Part shown: positions 13,429-25,879 of the stretch, in pieces
Layout of the letters: each line of letters opens with the position of its first letter
Numbering within the stretch: the stretch's first letter is position 1
Assembly: GCA_964016885.1 (NCBI GenBank)
Contig: OZ024753.1
Span: forward strand, 42,532,001 to 42,596,000
Length of the DNA stretch: 64,000 nucleotides
Reading direction: 5' to 3'
From: Eledone cirrhosa
Taxonomy: Eukaryota
The notes under the pieces: model-generated
The model's database searches: none
The model's input: only the letters and a program-made list of their open reading frames with translations
Told to the model about the DNA's origin: nothing
Position numbers and translations under genes: made by a program

Positions 13429-13472
<44 letters not shown>

Positions 13473-13487
13473 ATGTATATATATATA

Positions 13488-13566
<79 letters not shown>

Positions 13567-16341
13567 GATAGGCCTACTGGGGAGGTTATCAATGTCAAGC
13601 ATATGTACCGTCACTTTCAATCAACATATCTTCCAGTATATCACCCTATCTATTATCTTGACATTTTACAGCCACAAGTGTTGGAAATTATTCAAATTTC
13701 AAATAAATTTCTCAACAAAAAACTTCCGCCAACGAAAGAAAACACAATACCATTTGAAAAATTACAATTTTAACCTCATAAAAATGGTCAGATTCTTTAA
13801 AGTTTACAACAATTTTTAAAGAACTTTAAAAAAAGAACTTGATATCTTCACGCAGTTCTGAGAAAATCCACGTTTCTTCTGATAAGATAAAAAAAATATT
13901 ACCGTGTTGACAAAGATGTATTCAACAAGTTATTAATATCATTAACACACACACACACACACACATTTCGAACCAGCTAACATCCGTGTAGCTAAAAGCT
14001 AAATAAATTGCTGTAGTTTTAAAAATAGACAGCCCCTCTCCTGGAGAATCACGTTATGTTTAAATTTTTTTAACCCAGGGGGAAAGAAATAAGCTGTATG
14101 ATCAACAAGCCGCCAAGTGAAAAGTAAAAAAAAAATACTCAGCATTAGTTAACTCGGGTCTATATTAGAAGACCACTTGGCTTATATGTGAGACTACGTC
14201 ATAGTACCCACCTCTGTGGGTTTGTGTACCGAATGTGTTTACACAGCTATACCATCGTCTACACATTGTCAATTATATCCAGGATATTTTGTCTCAAGGC
14301 AAAGATTTTGGCAAAGTTGTTAAAACACCGTAAGAATGGTTTGTGGTATTTGTTCTGCCTCTTTGGAACTCTGGGCTTAAATCCCGCACAGATCAACTCT
14401 GCCTTTCATCATTTCGAGGTCGATAAATAAAGTACCAGTTCAATGCTGAAATCGATTATTGCCCCCCCCCCCCGCCTCTCTGTGAAAGAAATCAGCTGGG
14501 TTCAGATCTGGAAATGGATGGGTTCTGCTAGGTTTAAAATATCCAAGACACACCCTTTACGATTACACCAGAAGTGAAGGGCTTATGGTATCGTCCATAT
14601 TCTTTCTCTTTTTGTCTTTCTTTCGCTTGGTGTCATTGCAATATTTCATTGTCATTAATGTAAAAAAAAAAAAAAATCTCATTATTATTTTTATTATGTA
14701 TTGTTCACCTTATTATGTCAATATTTAATATGTCCACTTTAATATGTCCATCATAAAACTAATTCATTATATTTTCGCCAGTTCTTTGTTCTATTCACCC
14801 AATGTTCTTCCATCCACTGTAAAAACCGCTACCTTGTGTTTTTGATGCGTCATAAACCTTTCCATTGACTTTCACTCACAGCTTTTAGTCAAGAGGAAAC
14901 TATTACCCCCCTCCCCCCCCCAACCCAAAATGTGAGGCGACATTTTTTATTGTGGTTATTATTATTGTTATTTATTTTTTATATATATCTCATAATAGCT
15001 TGATTATCAATTATGAATAGCACATGCTGCTCCACTGCTTTCTAAACACTACCCTCTTTATTTTATTATATATATATATATATATATATATAGGTGTACA
15101 TATATATATGTATATAGGTGTGTATATATATATGTAAGTGTATATATATATATGTATATATATATATATGTATATATGTATATATATATATATTCTTTTA
15201 CGAAGGAAATCATGGCTACACGTTTAATATGTACCCTAGTCTGTTTTTTTTTGCTATTGATTACATCACTTTCAGAAGTTACACAAATAATGAGTATTCA
15301 TCAAGTCCCCCCCTCCACCATTCTCTCTATGTTTTATCTCGAACTTTCTATGGGATAAAAACAACAACAAAAACAAACAAAAAATATATACATCCTCTTC
15401 CCCACATAAATTAATCTTTGACTATTATGATTTAATGATTAAAAGAAACAGGAAAGAAGGAAGTCAACCTGATGTTCGGCCCAATCAAATATACAGCGTG
15501 TCCCTAAAAAATGTATACACATATTTATTAGAATGCTGTTGAAGTGTGTATATGCAGGCTTGTTTTCATGTTTAACTCTTTTGTTACCAACTTTCTAATG
15601 AAAGAATGAAAGACACCGTCTATAATTAACTCAGTACATAAGGGGATGTAACTATATGCCGCAAATCATGTTGTCCGACGCTCTACCGATTTTGTCAATC
15701 CACCGCCATTGTCCTGGGTGTATAAATAATAAATCAAAAGACGAGACTGATTCTGATTTTTTAGTCTATTAGCCCATATTGTTTGTTAGCGATATGGACG
15801 AATTTGTACTGGGTGAAGATAGGTACTGGAGAGGTGGAGGGTGAGGGTGAGGGGGGAGTGAAGGAGGAGGATGAGAAGGGGGAGTATGAGGAGGGGGACT
15901 AGGAGACAGGAGGGGGAGGAGAGAGAAGAAGAAGAAAAGAGAGGAAGGGGATGATAGGGAGGTGAAGGAGGGGGATGAGGAGATGAGGAGGGGGACGAGA
16001 AGAGAAGAAGGAGGAGATGAGGAGGGGGACGAGAAGAGAAGAAGGAGGAGGGATGCAGTGGTTATTCGTTGTCAAAGAAGTTATTGTAGAGAGAGAGGAA
16101 ACCTGAAACTGTTAAAGTTGTAAATAGGAAATGGTAAGGAATGGCGACAAAGAGCCAGTGTAGGGATAACATAGTTCCCTTGTATAGAATATTGCGTAGG
16201 TTGGTCCACAGAATTACTGCATTTCGGATAGAGAACTTTTTTAAAAGCTTCCTCCACCCTTCACCCCCATTTCTCTATGTGTGTGTATACATGCATGTAT
16301 ATGTATAATTGTGTGTGTGTATAAATATATGCATGTCTATA

Positions 16342-16402
<61 letters not shown>

Positions 16403-16406
<4 letters not shown>

Positions 16407-16612
16407 GAATAATCGGGTATCGGAATATCAGCCCACGAAATCACGATAAACAACATCCGACATGTGTGGCAGAGGGCTCAATAGTTTGGATAAATCAGAG
16501 CTATAACTATCGTTAAAATACCAACACATAGAGATCATGCCTAAAATCACCCGTGCAGCCGAAAAAGAACGACCAGGAAGATTCGGGTCACTCAAATAAA
16601 ATATCAATAAAT
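16403..16612. repeat. Unclassified ~200-bp dispersed repeat in (TA)n
   Basis: Diverged reverse-complement copy at about 55650-55850; shared blocks CCCACGAAAT, ATGTGTGGCA, CAGAGCTATAAC, ATTCGGGTCA. Confidence 0.7.
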
Positions 16613-16631
16613 TAATAAATTAAATGAATGT

Positions 16632-16682
<51 letters not shown>

Positions 16683-16721
16683 ATATATATATATATATAT
16701 ACACATATATACACATATATC

Positions 16722-16890
16722 GTTTCTACGTTAGGCACAAGGCCAGCAATTACCCAGTGTATTACTGGTACTTTATTTTATCGACCCCGTAAGGATGAAA
16801 GGCAAAGTTAACCTCTGCGGGATTTGAACTCAGAATGGCAAGGGCCGTCAAAGCAAGGCGTCCGACCCTCTACCAATACTACCAATCCAC
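16722..16890 (-). mobile_element. SINE family 1 copy
   Basis: Near-consensus match. Further copies or fragments near 14300-14460(+), 17620-17745(-), 19710-19830(+), 22873-22981(-), 23015-23082(-), 36535-36630(-), 39553-39670(-), 43220-43390(+), 46820-46980(+), 47257-47315(-), 47485-47645(-) and 50050-50185(+). Confidence 0.85.
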
Positions 16891-17133
16891 GGCCCTCATT
16901 CACATATATACACATACACATATTTATACACGGCCCTCATACACATATATACACATACATATATTTATACATATATATACATATATATGTGTGTGTGTGT
17001 GTGTATATATGTGTGTATATATATATATATGTGTGTGTGTGTATGTGTATATATATGTGTGTGTGTGTGTTTATATGTGTATATATATATATATGTGTGT
17101 GTGTGTATATATGTGTATATATATATATATATA

Positions 17134-17216
<83 letters not shown>

Positions 17217-17355
17217 ACACGTGTCTGTGTAAACAAACCAGAAACATTAAAAGATTTCAATAAATATAATTTAGAATTATCTCTATACCCGGTGTCGAGT
17301 TTCAGCGGAGAGTCTGTCTACTGTGTGTGTGAGTGTGAGTGTGTGTGGGTGTGTG

Positions 17356-17408
<53 letters not shown>

Positions 17409-18476
17409 GGGGGATGGACTGGAAGATAAGTTGTACATAAGTAAATATATAAGATTTCCTTCTCAAAATATACAGCCGACTTCTCGTACCATATTCTCGA
17501 TGTAACAGTTCTGGTATTGTAACACATTTTCCAAACCTGGAAGAGCCTATCCCTTATCTAGATCTGAATTGAGGCGAGCGGGAGGGACAGAGAGGAAGTG
17601 ACAAAGTAATATAGAGGAAAAATCGACCTCGAAATGATGAAAGGCAAAGTTGACCTCTGCGGGATTTGAACTCTGAGCATAGAGAACCGGAATGAATAAC
17701 TCAAGGCATTTTATCCGACGTTCTAACGACTCTCACAATTCGCCGACTACGAATACATAATTAGGAGATGGCAAATCTCTGCACTGACTTACGCCCCCAT
17801 ACTTACACCAACAATAGTGTAAAGGTCGTATCTCTTTTACCTAAGTTGCCTCCTCCGCATCGAATAGAAGCATCTTTCTGGCTTTCTGTCATGTGTACTT
17901 ATCTGCAGGTCCATTTCATCTATGTCGCAACACACACACACACAGAGACACACAGACGAAAATGTTTATTCAGGAACTAATTAGCCCACTGTCAAGCAAT
18001 GTTCGACTTAAACATGTCAAGATAATGTTTGTCTTACACCGAATCACTCTAGAAAGTTTTATTCAATTTTCAATATAAACACACACACACACACACATTC
18101 ATACACACATATACACATACATACACATATTATATACTCTCTCACACATACACGTGTGTGTGTTGTGTGTGTGCGTGTGTGCATGTGTGCGGATAAACAC
18201 ATCGCATATGATTGACAAGCACGTTTATTCAAAACAGCGTTGCATTAATACGTTATATATATATATATATAAGTATGTACACGTACATACACATATGTAT
18301 ACAGACGTACAGTAGTATGTATATATATATATACATACATGCACACATATATATATCTACGTATGGATTCACCGAACATTTATTATAATGCTCGGTGTGT
18401 TTGTAAACAAACATCCCGTATTAAGCCGTAGTGTCCAGCAACCATCGTTGCTCGTTTGTTCAACACTGACAAAGGA

Positions 18477-18519
18477 ACGCTGTACTAGTTTCAACCTTAT
18501 TAGCTATCGTCAGCAACGT
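18477..18519 (-). ncRNA. Minimal type I hammerhead ribozyme
   Basis: Minus strand: ACGUUG CUGACGA UAGC UAAUAAG GUU GAAA CUA GUA CAGCGU. 6-bp stem I (one G-U), intact core, palindromic CUAG stem III, GUA triplet, weak stem II. Confidence 0.75.
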
Positions 18520-18668
18520 ATACCTTCCTGCCAGATTGTTGAACGTATATACTTACCTTATGCATATTAACGGCTGAGTAGCCCAATTTGCATATCGAGT
18601 GGGTTAATCGGCCGCGTGCACCGAAAACGATAAACGGAAAAAATGAAACGAAATTTCATTTCCCACTC

Positions 18669-18726
<58 letters not shown>

Positions 18727-18735
18727 ATATATGTA

Positions 18736-18807
<72 letters not shown>

Positions 18808-18813
18808 ATATAT

Positions 18814-18951
<138 letters not shown>

Positions 18952-18958
18952 ATATGTA

Positions 18959-19017
<59 letters not shown>

Positions 19018-19018
19018 G

Positions 19019-19085
<67 letters not shown>

Positions 19086-19131
19086 ATATATATATGTATG
19101 TATATATATATATGTATGTATATATGTATGT

Positions 19132-19308
19132 ATAGGAAAATGTTCAAGGCCTCGACGACTATTTCTGGACCAGAAATAGCCGTCGAAACGGCTTGAGCTC
19201 TGCCGTCGGGACCTTGAACATTTTCCTATTACCCACTCTACTACCTTCAGTATCGAGTACTCTGGTGCGTTATGGTTCACCTGGTTCCTTACCACACTTC
19301 CTTCGTTG
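19132..19308 (+). mobile_element. Fold-back PLE-like relic (family B), left arm partly deleted
   Basis: ATAGGAAAATGTTCAAGG...CCTTGAACATTTTCCTAT inverted ends, central TATTTCTGG-A-CCAGAAATA hairpin, same tail TACCCACTCTACTACC...CCTGGTTCCTTACCAC. Confidence 0.8.
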
Positions 19309-19431
19309 TTTTTATACACACACACACACACATACCCCCCCCCCCCCCACACACATGTGTGTGTGTGTAAACACAAGTCAATTAAGTCTATGACCTTAAA
19401 GTGCAGTGGCAAAATAGAATGTACCGACTGG

Positions 19432-19530
19432 GGCCGACTAATTAGCGCAGTGGCTTAAGATCCGATTAAGGTGATTTACACTATCGCGGTACGATAGTGT
19501 ACTAGGTTCGATTCCCTGTGGAGACAACAT
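19432..19530 (+). mobile_element. tRNA-derived Pol III head (SINE or pseudo-tRNA)
   Basis: A box TAGCGCAGTGG (19443-19453), B box GGTTCGATTCCC (19505-19516), intervening 10-bp stem TACACTATCG/CGATAGTGTA; no complete cloverleaf. Confidence 0.5.
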
Positions 19531-19656
19531 CACTTTTATCTCTCTCAAGCTATTCAAATGTGTACTGGGTTGATTTCACATAACTAAAGTACCTTGTGTC
19601 AAGAGACTTAGTATTGTTACTACTATTTCTACTACTACTACTACTACTACTACTAC

Positions 19657-19690
<34 letters not shown>

Positions 19691-20304
19691 GATTTATCGA
19701 TAATGTTAAGTTGGTTGAGAGGCAGAACAGGAAAGCTCATGACTAAATGCCTCGAGTATTTGCGTTCTGATTTCGAATCCCACGGGGGTCAGCTTTATCT
19801 TTCATCTCTCTATCGCTAATCAATAAATTAATCATCAACTATACACCACTAATATTATTTCAAAATATGAGAAAGGGGTTTTTATTGTTGTTATTTTTAT
19901 TCATATTTTTATGCAATTTCAGAGAAAACTTGGTTACTATGTAATCTAATTCTCTGCATTTAAACGAATTGGGTCTTTAGGTATTCTATAATTGTATTAC
20001 TGCTTCCAGTTGTGAGAGTGCTGTCATGCTGGAGCAGCGTTTTGACTTCTATACGTAGTTTATGTTGATAGTGTCTTTACTGGTGGACAGATTACAGTGT
20101 TAGAGTAAAGCTGCTTAACACAAGTTCACGTTATAGTTATTTCTCTTTACCTGTTGGGAATGGTAGCAATAATAAAATTCCTATTCCTTCCCCATCAAAA
20201 GCAACAACAACGCCCCCCCCCCACAAAATATACAAGTTCTCAGTTTTTAGTTAATGGAAATACTTTTCAACCATGAAACTATGTTCTCTACATTGGACAC
20301 AATA

Positions 20305-20655
20305 TAGCCGAGTGGTTAACAAACTCGTTTGGCAATCATTTGATCCAGAGTTTGATCCCACTCTTGTGTCATGTTGAGCAAGTGTTATTTACCATGACCT
20401 CGGATCAGCCCAACACTTGTGGGGAGTGAAATTGGGGAGACCGAAACTGTTTTGCAACCTTGTCAGAGGATCTGTACCTCTAATTCAAATGACCAACCAG
20501 TCATGTCATACAGTTTCACACTGAATCTCCCTGAGAATTACGTTAAAGCTCCACATGTCTGTGGATACTTAGCCGCATACACTTTAATTTCATGAGCAAG
20601 TTGTTCCGTTGATCGTCGAACAATTGAAACACTCATCATGGAAACTGACGGAGAC
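20305..20655 (+). mobile_element. CORE-type SINE (family 2), long diverged copy
   Basis: tRNA-like head, TTGAGCAAGTG core, and a 3' part GAATCTCCCTGAGAA...GACGGAG that is the reverse complement of 56498-56790 and 26410-26600. Confidence 0.6.
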
Positions 20656-20971
20656 CCAGTCCAAATCCTATATTCAAGCTGATTTTTATCAAGTAAATAA
20701 TCAATTCATTGCCTGAATTGCCTTAATTAATTAAAAAATAAAGATGTTAATGTTGTTGGTGCAAAGGTTAGAGGTGTGGGTGGGGTAGGGTTGGGGGTGG
20801 GGGTCAGATTTGTGATTCTGTGATCAAATATTCCTGAATATTCGACATTGTTCTAAAGAGGTCGAACTAGATGGGTTCTTTGTAGGACTCGGTGTCCATT
20901 GTTCAATATGAATTTATTGATATTTGTGTCCAATTAATCAATCACGTTCCTGCAACCGGTACATCCAGTCG

Positions 20972-21007
<36 letters not shown>

Positions 21008-21010
21008 GAG

Positions 21011-21790
21011 CACTCTAGATGTGCCACTGGTACAGCCAGTCGCTGGGGTGCCACTCTAGATGTGCCACCTGTGAAGCCAGTCGCTGGGGTGCCACTCTAG
21101 ATGTGCCACTGGTAGAGTCAGTCGCTGGGGGGCACTCTAGATGTGCCACTGGTACAGCCAGTCGTTGGGGTGCCACTCTAGATGTGCCACTGGTAGAGTC
21201 AGTCGTTGTGGTGCCACTCTAGATGTGCCACTGGTAGAGTCAGTCGTTGGGATGTCACTCTAGATGTGCTACTGGTAGAGTCAGTCGTTGGGGTGTCACT
21301 CTAGATGTGCCACTGGTAGAGCCAGTCGTTGGGGTGCCACTCTAGATGTGCCACTGGTAGAGTCAGTCGTTGGGGTGTCACTCTAGATGTGCCACTGGTA
21401 GAGCCAGTCGTTGGGGTGTCACTCTAGATGTGCCACTGGTAGAGCCAGTCGTTGGGGTGCCACTCTAGATGTGCCACTGGTAGAGCCAGTCGTTGGGGTG
21501 CCACTCTAGATGTGCCACTGGTAGAGCCAGTCGTTGGGGTGCCACTCTAGATGTGCCACTGGTGCAGCCAGTCGTTGGGGTGCCACTCTAGATGTGCCAC
21601 TGGTGCAGCCAGTCGTTGTGGTGTCACTCTAGATGTGCCACTGGTGCAGCCAGTCGTTGTGGTGTCACTCTAGATGTGCCACTGGTGCAGCCAGTCGTTG
21701 TGGTGTCACTCTAGATGTGCCACTGGTGCAGCCAGTCGTTGGGGTGTCACTCTAGATGTGCCACCTGTGAAGCCAGTTGTCCATGTGCCA
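21011..21790. repeat. 41-bp GC-rich minisatellite, ~19 copies
   Basis: Unit CACTCTAGATGTGCCACTGGTAGAGCCAGTCGTTGGGGTGC; period 41 (21011, 21052, ...). Confidence 0.95.
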
Positions 21791-21834
21791 CAGGTACAGT
21801 CGGTCATTGTGGGGCCACTATAGACGGTTTCGTA

Positions 21835-22035
21835 GTCAGCCATCGCCACTGATCTCTGTTCTACGTCATGCATAGAAGGGTCGTTGTGTTGTGACCTGTC
21901 ATGTCTTTGATGTTGTCAGACTAGGATTTTCTTTGTCTGCCTCTCCTTCGCCCTCCCTCTCCTTCGCCCTCCCTCGACTGTGCTCTGAAGGATGGTTTTA
22001 GACAAGGAGTTGTAGCGGGATATATGACCATCGCA
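21835..22035 (-). mobile_element. RTE-clade LINE 3' ORF fragment
   Basis: GHISRYNSLSKTILQSTVEGGRRRGR...NIKDMTG.....L..T*NRDQWR matches the RTE C-terminal GH..R....KTILQG.V.G.R.RGR....W.DNIK.WTG pattern. Confidence 0.75.
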
Positions 22036-22986
22036 AAGGGTGGTTCCTGTCAGCCAACTGCTAAAATAAACTGAATACGATATTTTATTCGTAAAAGCAG
22101 TTCTTTGTAAAACCATTATTTTCTAAAGCTTTACGGTAACTCACAGTGTATCCAATTTCAGAAAGAGGAAACATACAGAGATTCTACTTTATTCTGTTTT
22201 ATTTTACACTTTTATGAAATACCCAGGCATAACCGGGTACCCCTGCTTCTATAAAATAAATAACAAAAACTTCACAAGTATTGTCAGTCGCCTTTACAAT
22301 ATATAAACTTTCCCCGTTTACAGAATCATGGCCGCGCCTAAATATTCATCATGCTTGTTGATAGACAATATAGAATCTGAGAACGGATGCTGCCAGTTCT
22401 TGAGTCAGTCAACATGTGTGAACAACTGTTGTTTCAGATGGAGCCCTGCTGCTGTTCTTGTTTTTATTTTATTTCTCTACTTAATATAAGGTGATGGCGC
22501 TTGATTTAGTTGTTAGAGTGTTCGGCTATGTGGCTCCAGTCAACTGAGATGACGTCACTGGTGCCAAGTTCTATCGACCTTTTCCTTGGACAACACCACA
22601 TATAGTATATATAGTATATATAGTATATATAGTGTATAATAGAGGTGTATATTAGAATATATATATAGATATAGTGTATATATGAGCTACGATGACATTA
22701 GTGCCAAGTCCTATTGGCCCTTGGACAACATCGGTGATGGAGAGAAGGAAGACTGTCGTGGATAGGGAACTGCTTGTCTTCCATAAACACATCATGCCTG
22801 AGCTTGCTCCCGAGAGAGGAACTATCCATGTGCAAAACGCATGGTCAGATCTGACTGAAGGCAAACCAATAATAATAATTGTTTCTACTTTTGGCACAAG
22901 GCCAGCAATTATTCCAGTGCATTACTGGTACTTTATTTTATCGACCCCGTAAGGATGAAAGGCAAAGTTAACCTCGGCGGGAGACC

Positions 22987-23019
<33 letters not shown>

Positions 23020-23277
23020 TGTTTCTACTTTAGGCACAAGGCCAGCAATTACCCAGTGTATTACTGTACTTTATTTTATCGATAATAATAATAAAATCAT
23101 TTATTATAAGATAGATTAGCAGCGAGAACTTGATGTTTGCCATTCTCACCTAAATGTTTACCTCATTGCATGACGGAGGCTGTGAAGAAAGAATGTTTCA
23201 ACATGTTGGAGATAAGAACCTCTCTCTCAGTTTCTTTATGAGCCTCGCCTCATTCTGTCTGTCTCTCTGTTTGTTTA

Positions 23278-23328
<51 letters not shown>

Positions 23329-23501
23329 GTCTGTCTCTCCCGTTCTGTCTCTATCTCTCTCCACCCCGCGCGCGCTCTCTCTCAGTCCACATTTCTCATA
23401 TAAATCGAAAACGTGTATATCGGAGCATTTCTAAACGAATGTGTTATTTCTCTGATAGACACGAATGTTATAATGTTAACACGTTAATATAAATACAATC
23501 A

Positions 23502-23558
<57 letters not shown>

Positions 23559-23969
23559 GAAACAGTGCAGATGTTTCACTGTTATTTTATGCCTATGTAT
23601 TATATAAACGTGTGTGTAGATACAAACCGTACACGTGCTTAATTCTACAGATCCTATTTCACCTAAATGCAAGCCATTTAACATGGACGAAATGATGGCA
23701 CCAGAAACAATTTAAAATAAATTAGTCAGTGTAAAGACAACATTTATGTGAAAAGTGGGACGGAAATTGAAGAACTGCTCAGTATAAGATATAAAGGAGA
23801 AGTGTATAAATTTTCTTTTCACTTCGAAATATAATTAGTCATGTTTCTCTATGTAATATAAAAGCCATATGGAATAATGTAATATGGAAAATAGAACGGA
23901 AATTGAAGAATCTCGAATATAAGATTGTAAGTAGATAGGTATTCCCGGATATAATTATAGAGGCGTATA

Positions 23970-24250
23970 TGCAAAGGAAACGCTCTGATCGTTAGATCGG
24001 ACCAAGGACATAATGTTTCCATTGGTCTTTCCATTTTCTGATAATATCTGCTGATCGTAACTCCTGGCGAAAGGAAGGAAACGATCCGATCGCTAGATCA
24101 AACCAAGGAAACAATGTTTCCATTGGTCTTTCCATTGTTGATATTATCTTCTGGTCGCAACTCATAGCAGAGTAAAGGAAAGTTGATCGGATCAAGGAAA
24201 CGATGTTTCCATTGCTCCCTCCATTGCTGATATAATTTGCCGGTTGCTAA
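23970..24250. repeat. Diverged ~95-100-bp tandem triplication
   Basis: AAGGAAA...GATC...CAAGGAAAC.ATGTTTCCATTG.TC..TCCATT..TGATA recurs three times. Confidence 0.75.
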
Positions 24251-24265
24251 AGGTGTGAACGGCAT

Positions 24266-24303
<38 letters not shown>

Positions 24304-24358
24304 ATTATTTATTATATATATATATTTATTTATATATATATTTATATATATATATATT

Positions 24359-24403
<45 letters not shown>

Positions 24404-24404
24404 T

Positions 24405-24509
<105 letters not shown>

Positions 24510-24523
24510 ATGCGGTTCACTCC

Positions 24524-24579
<56 letters not shown>

Positions 24580-24581
<2 letters not shown>

Positions 24582-24770
24582 CTTCTACAGGACTAGAGCT
24601 GTTTCATTCGTGAGAAATCACCAGGAAGCTTCCTGATGATTTCTCACGAATGAAACAGTTCTAGTCCTGTAGAAGCTCTTCTATATTAAAACTGTTATTG
24701 CTATGTATTGAGTAATTATGTATTGAGTACCTTACTTACTGTGGCTACCTCCGATTCAACCCGGAATAAC
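24580..24770 (+). mobile_element. PLE-like relic (family A): palindromic double hammerhead plus tail
   Basis: 49-bp arms centred on AAGCTT (24626-24631), two mismatches; tail GTATTGAGTACCTTACTTACTGTGG...TTCAACCCGG shared with the 7.5-kb and 30.8-kb copies. Confidence 0.8.
24627..24677 (+). ncRNA. Type I hammerhead ribozyme
   Basis: AGCUUC CUGAUGA UUUC UCAC GAAU GAAAC AG UUCUAGUC CU GUA GAAGCU: 6-bp stem I, canonical core, 4-bp stem III, GUA triplet at 24669-24671. Confidence 0.8.
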
Positions 24771-25760
24771 TTATATTTATGTATATTTATATATTTATAT
24801 ATTTATATATTTATATATATATATTTATATATATGTATATTTTCTTGTTCAGTCTTTGTTGTGATATTGTTTTACATCTGTTACCAACAGAACAGTTCTC
24901 CGATCTGTTGCGTAAACTGGTGCTATAAGTGCAGTGCCACCTTAATGCGTGCGAAATTGCACGCCAACAGGTGGCTGATGAGGTTAGGATACTGTCTGTT
25001 TGTCTTATGTAACTGTTTTACTGCGGGCATTCTTTGTTGATAATACACATACATACTGTGTGTGTGAGTGTGTGTGTGTGTGTGTAATGCTATGTATGTA
25101 AGGTACAACAGGCCTATATATTCAACTTTGTTTTATTTCATTTTCTTTACACACGCATACACACACACAAACATACACCCTTATTATTATAAACACAGAG
25201 ACACCTTCCTTAATATACTCACACACACATGACGTCGAATTGGCAGAATACTTTTCGGAATTTAGTTCAAATCCCACCACCACCACCTGCACCACCACCA
25301 CCTCCACTCGCACCACCTCCACCATATCACACAACAACTACCAACACACCAATACCAGTACACAACATCACAACTATCAACACCGCCGCCTTTACACCTC
25401 CAGCCTCACCATTACCACACCACCACCACCACATCACACCACATTTATCACATCACCATAACCGTCATCACATCACTACCACCAGTACAGCATCTCTCCA
25501 CCACCACCACCACCACCACCACCGCCACCAGCACATTTATCACACCACCATAACCGTCATCACATCACTACCACCAGTACAGCATCTCTCCACCACCACA
25601 TTGCAGTACCCCACCCCCCAGTCCTCCTCTTATCTCGCCGTACTTTACCCTAACCCTAACTCCTAGATACCTTATCTTTATTAGATTCAAACATTACACC
25701 ATTATATTCTCTCTCCTGCTTCTGTTGTTCATTCTGAACACCAAGTCTTTCTCTCTCACG

Positions 25761-25879
<119 letters not shown>

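Noticed and set aside
18549-18560. ATACTTACCT resembling the U1 snRNA 5' end
   Set aside because: No U1 body or Sm site follows; better read as a minus-strand splice donor.
19432-19530. Possible tRNA gene
   Set aside because: A and B boxes are present but there is no acceptor stem or proper anticodon arm.
22218-22252. Helitron-like 3' hairpin
   Set aside because: Terminal CTAG is not intact and no 5' end is identifiable.
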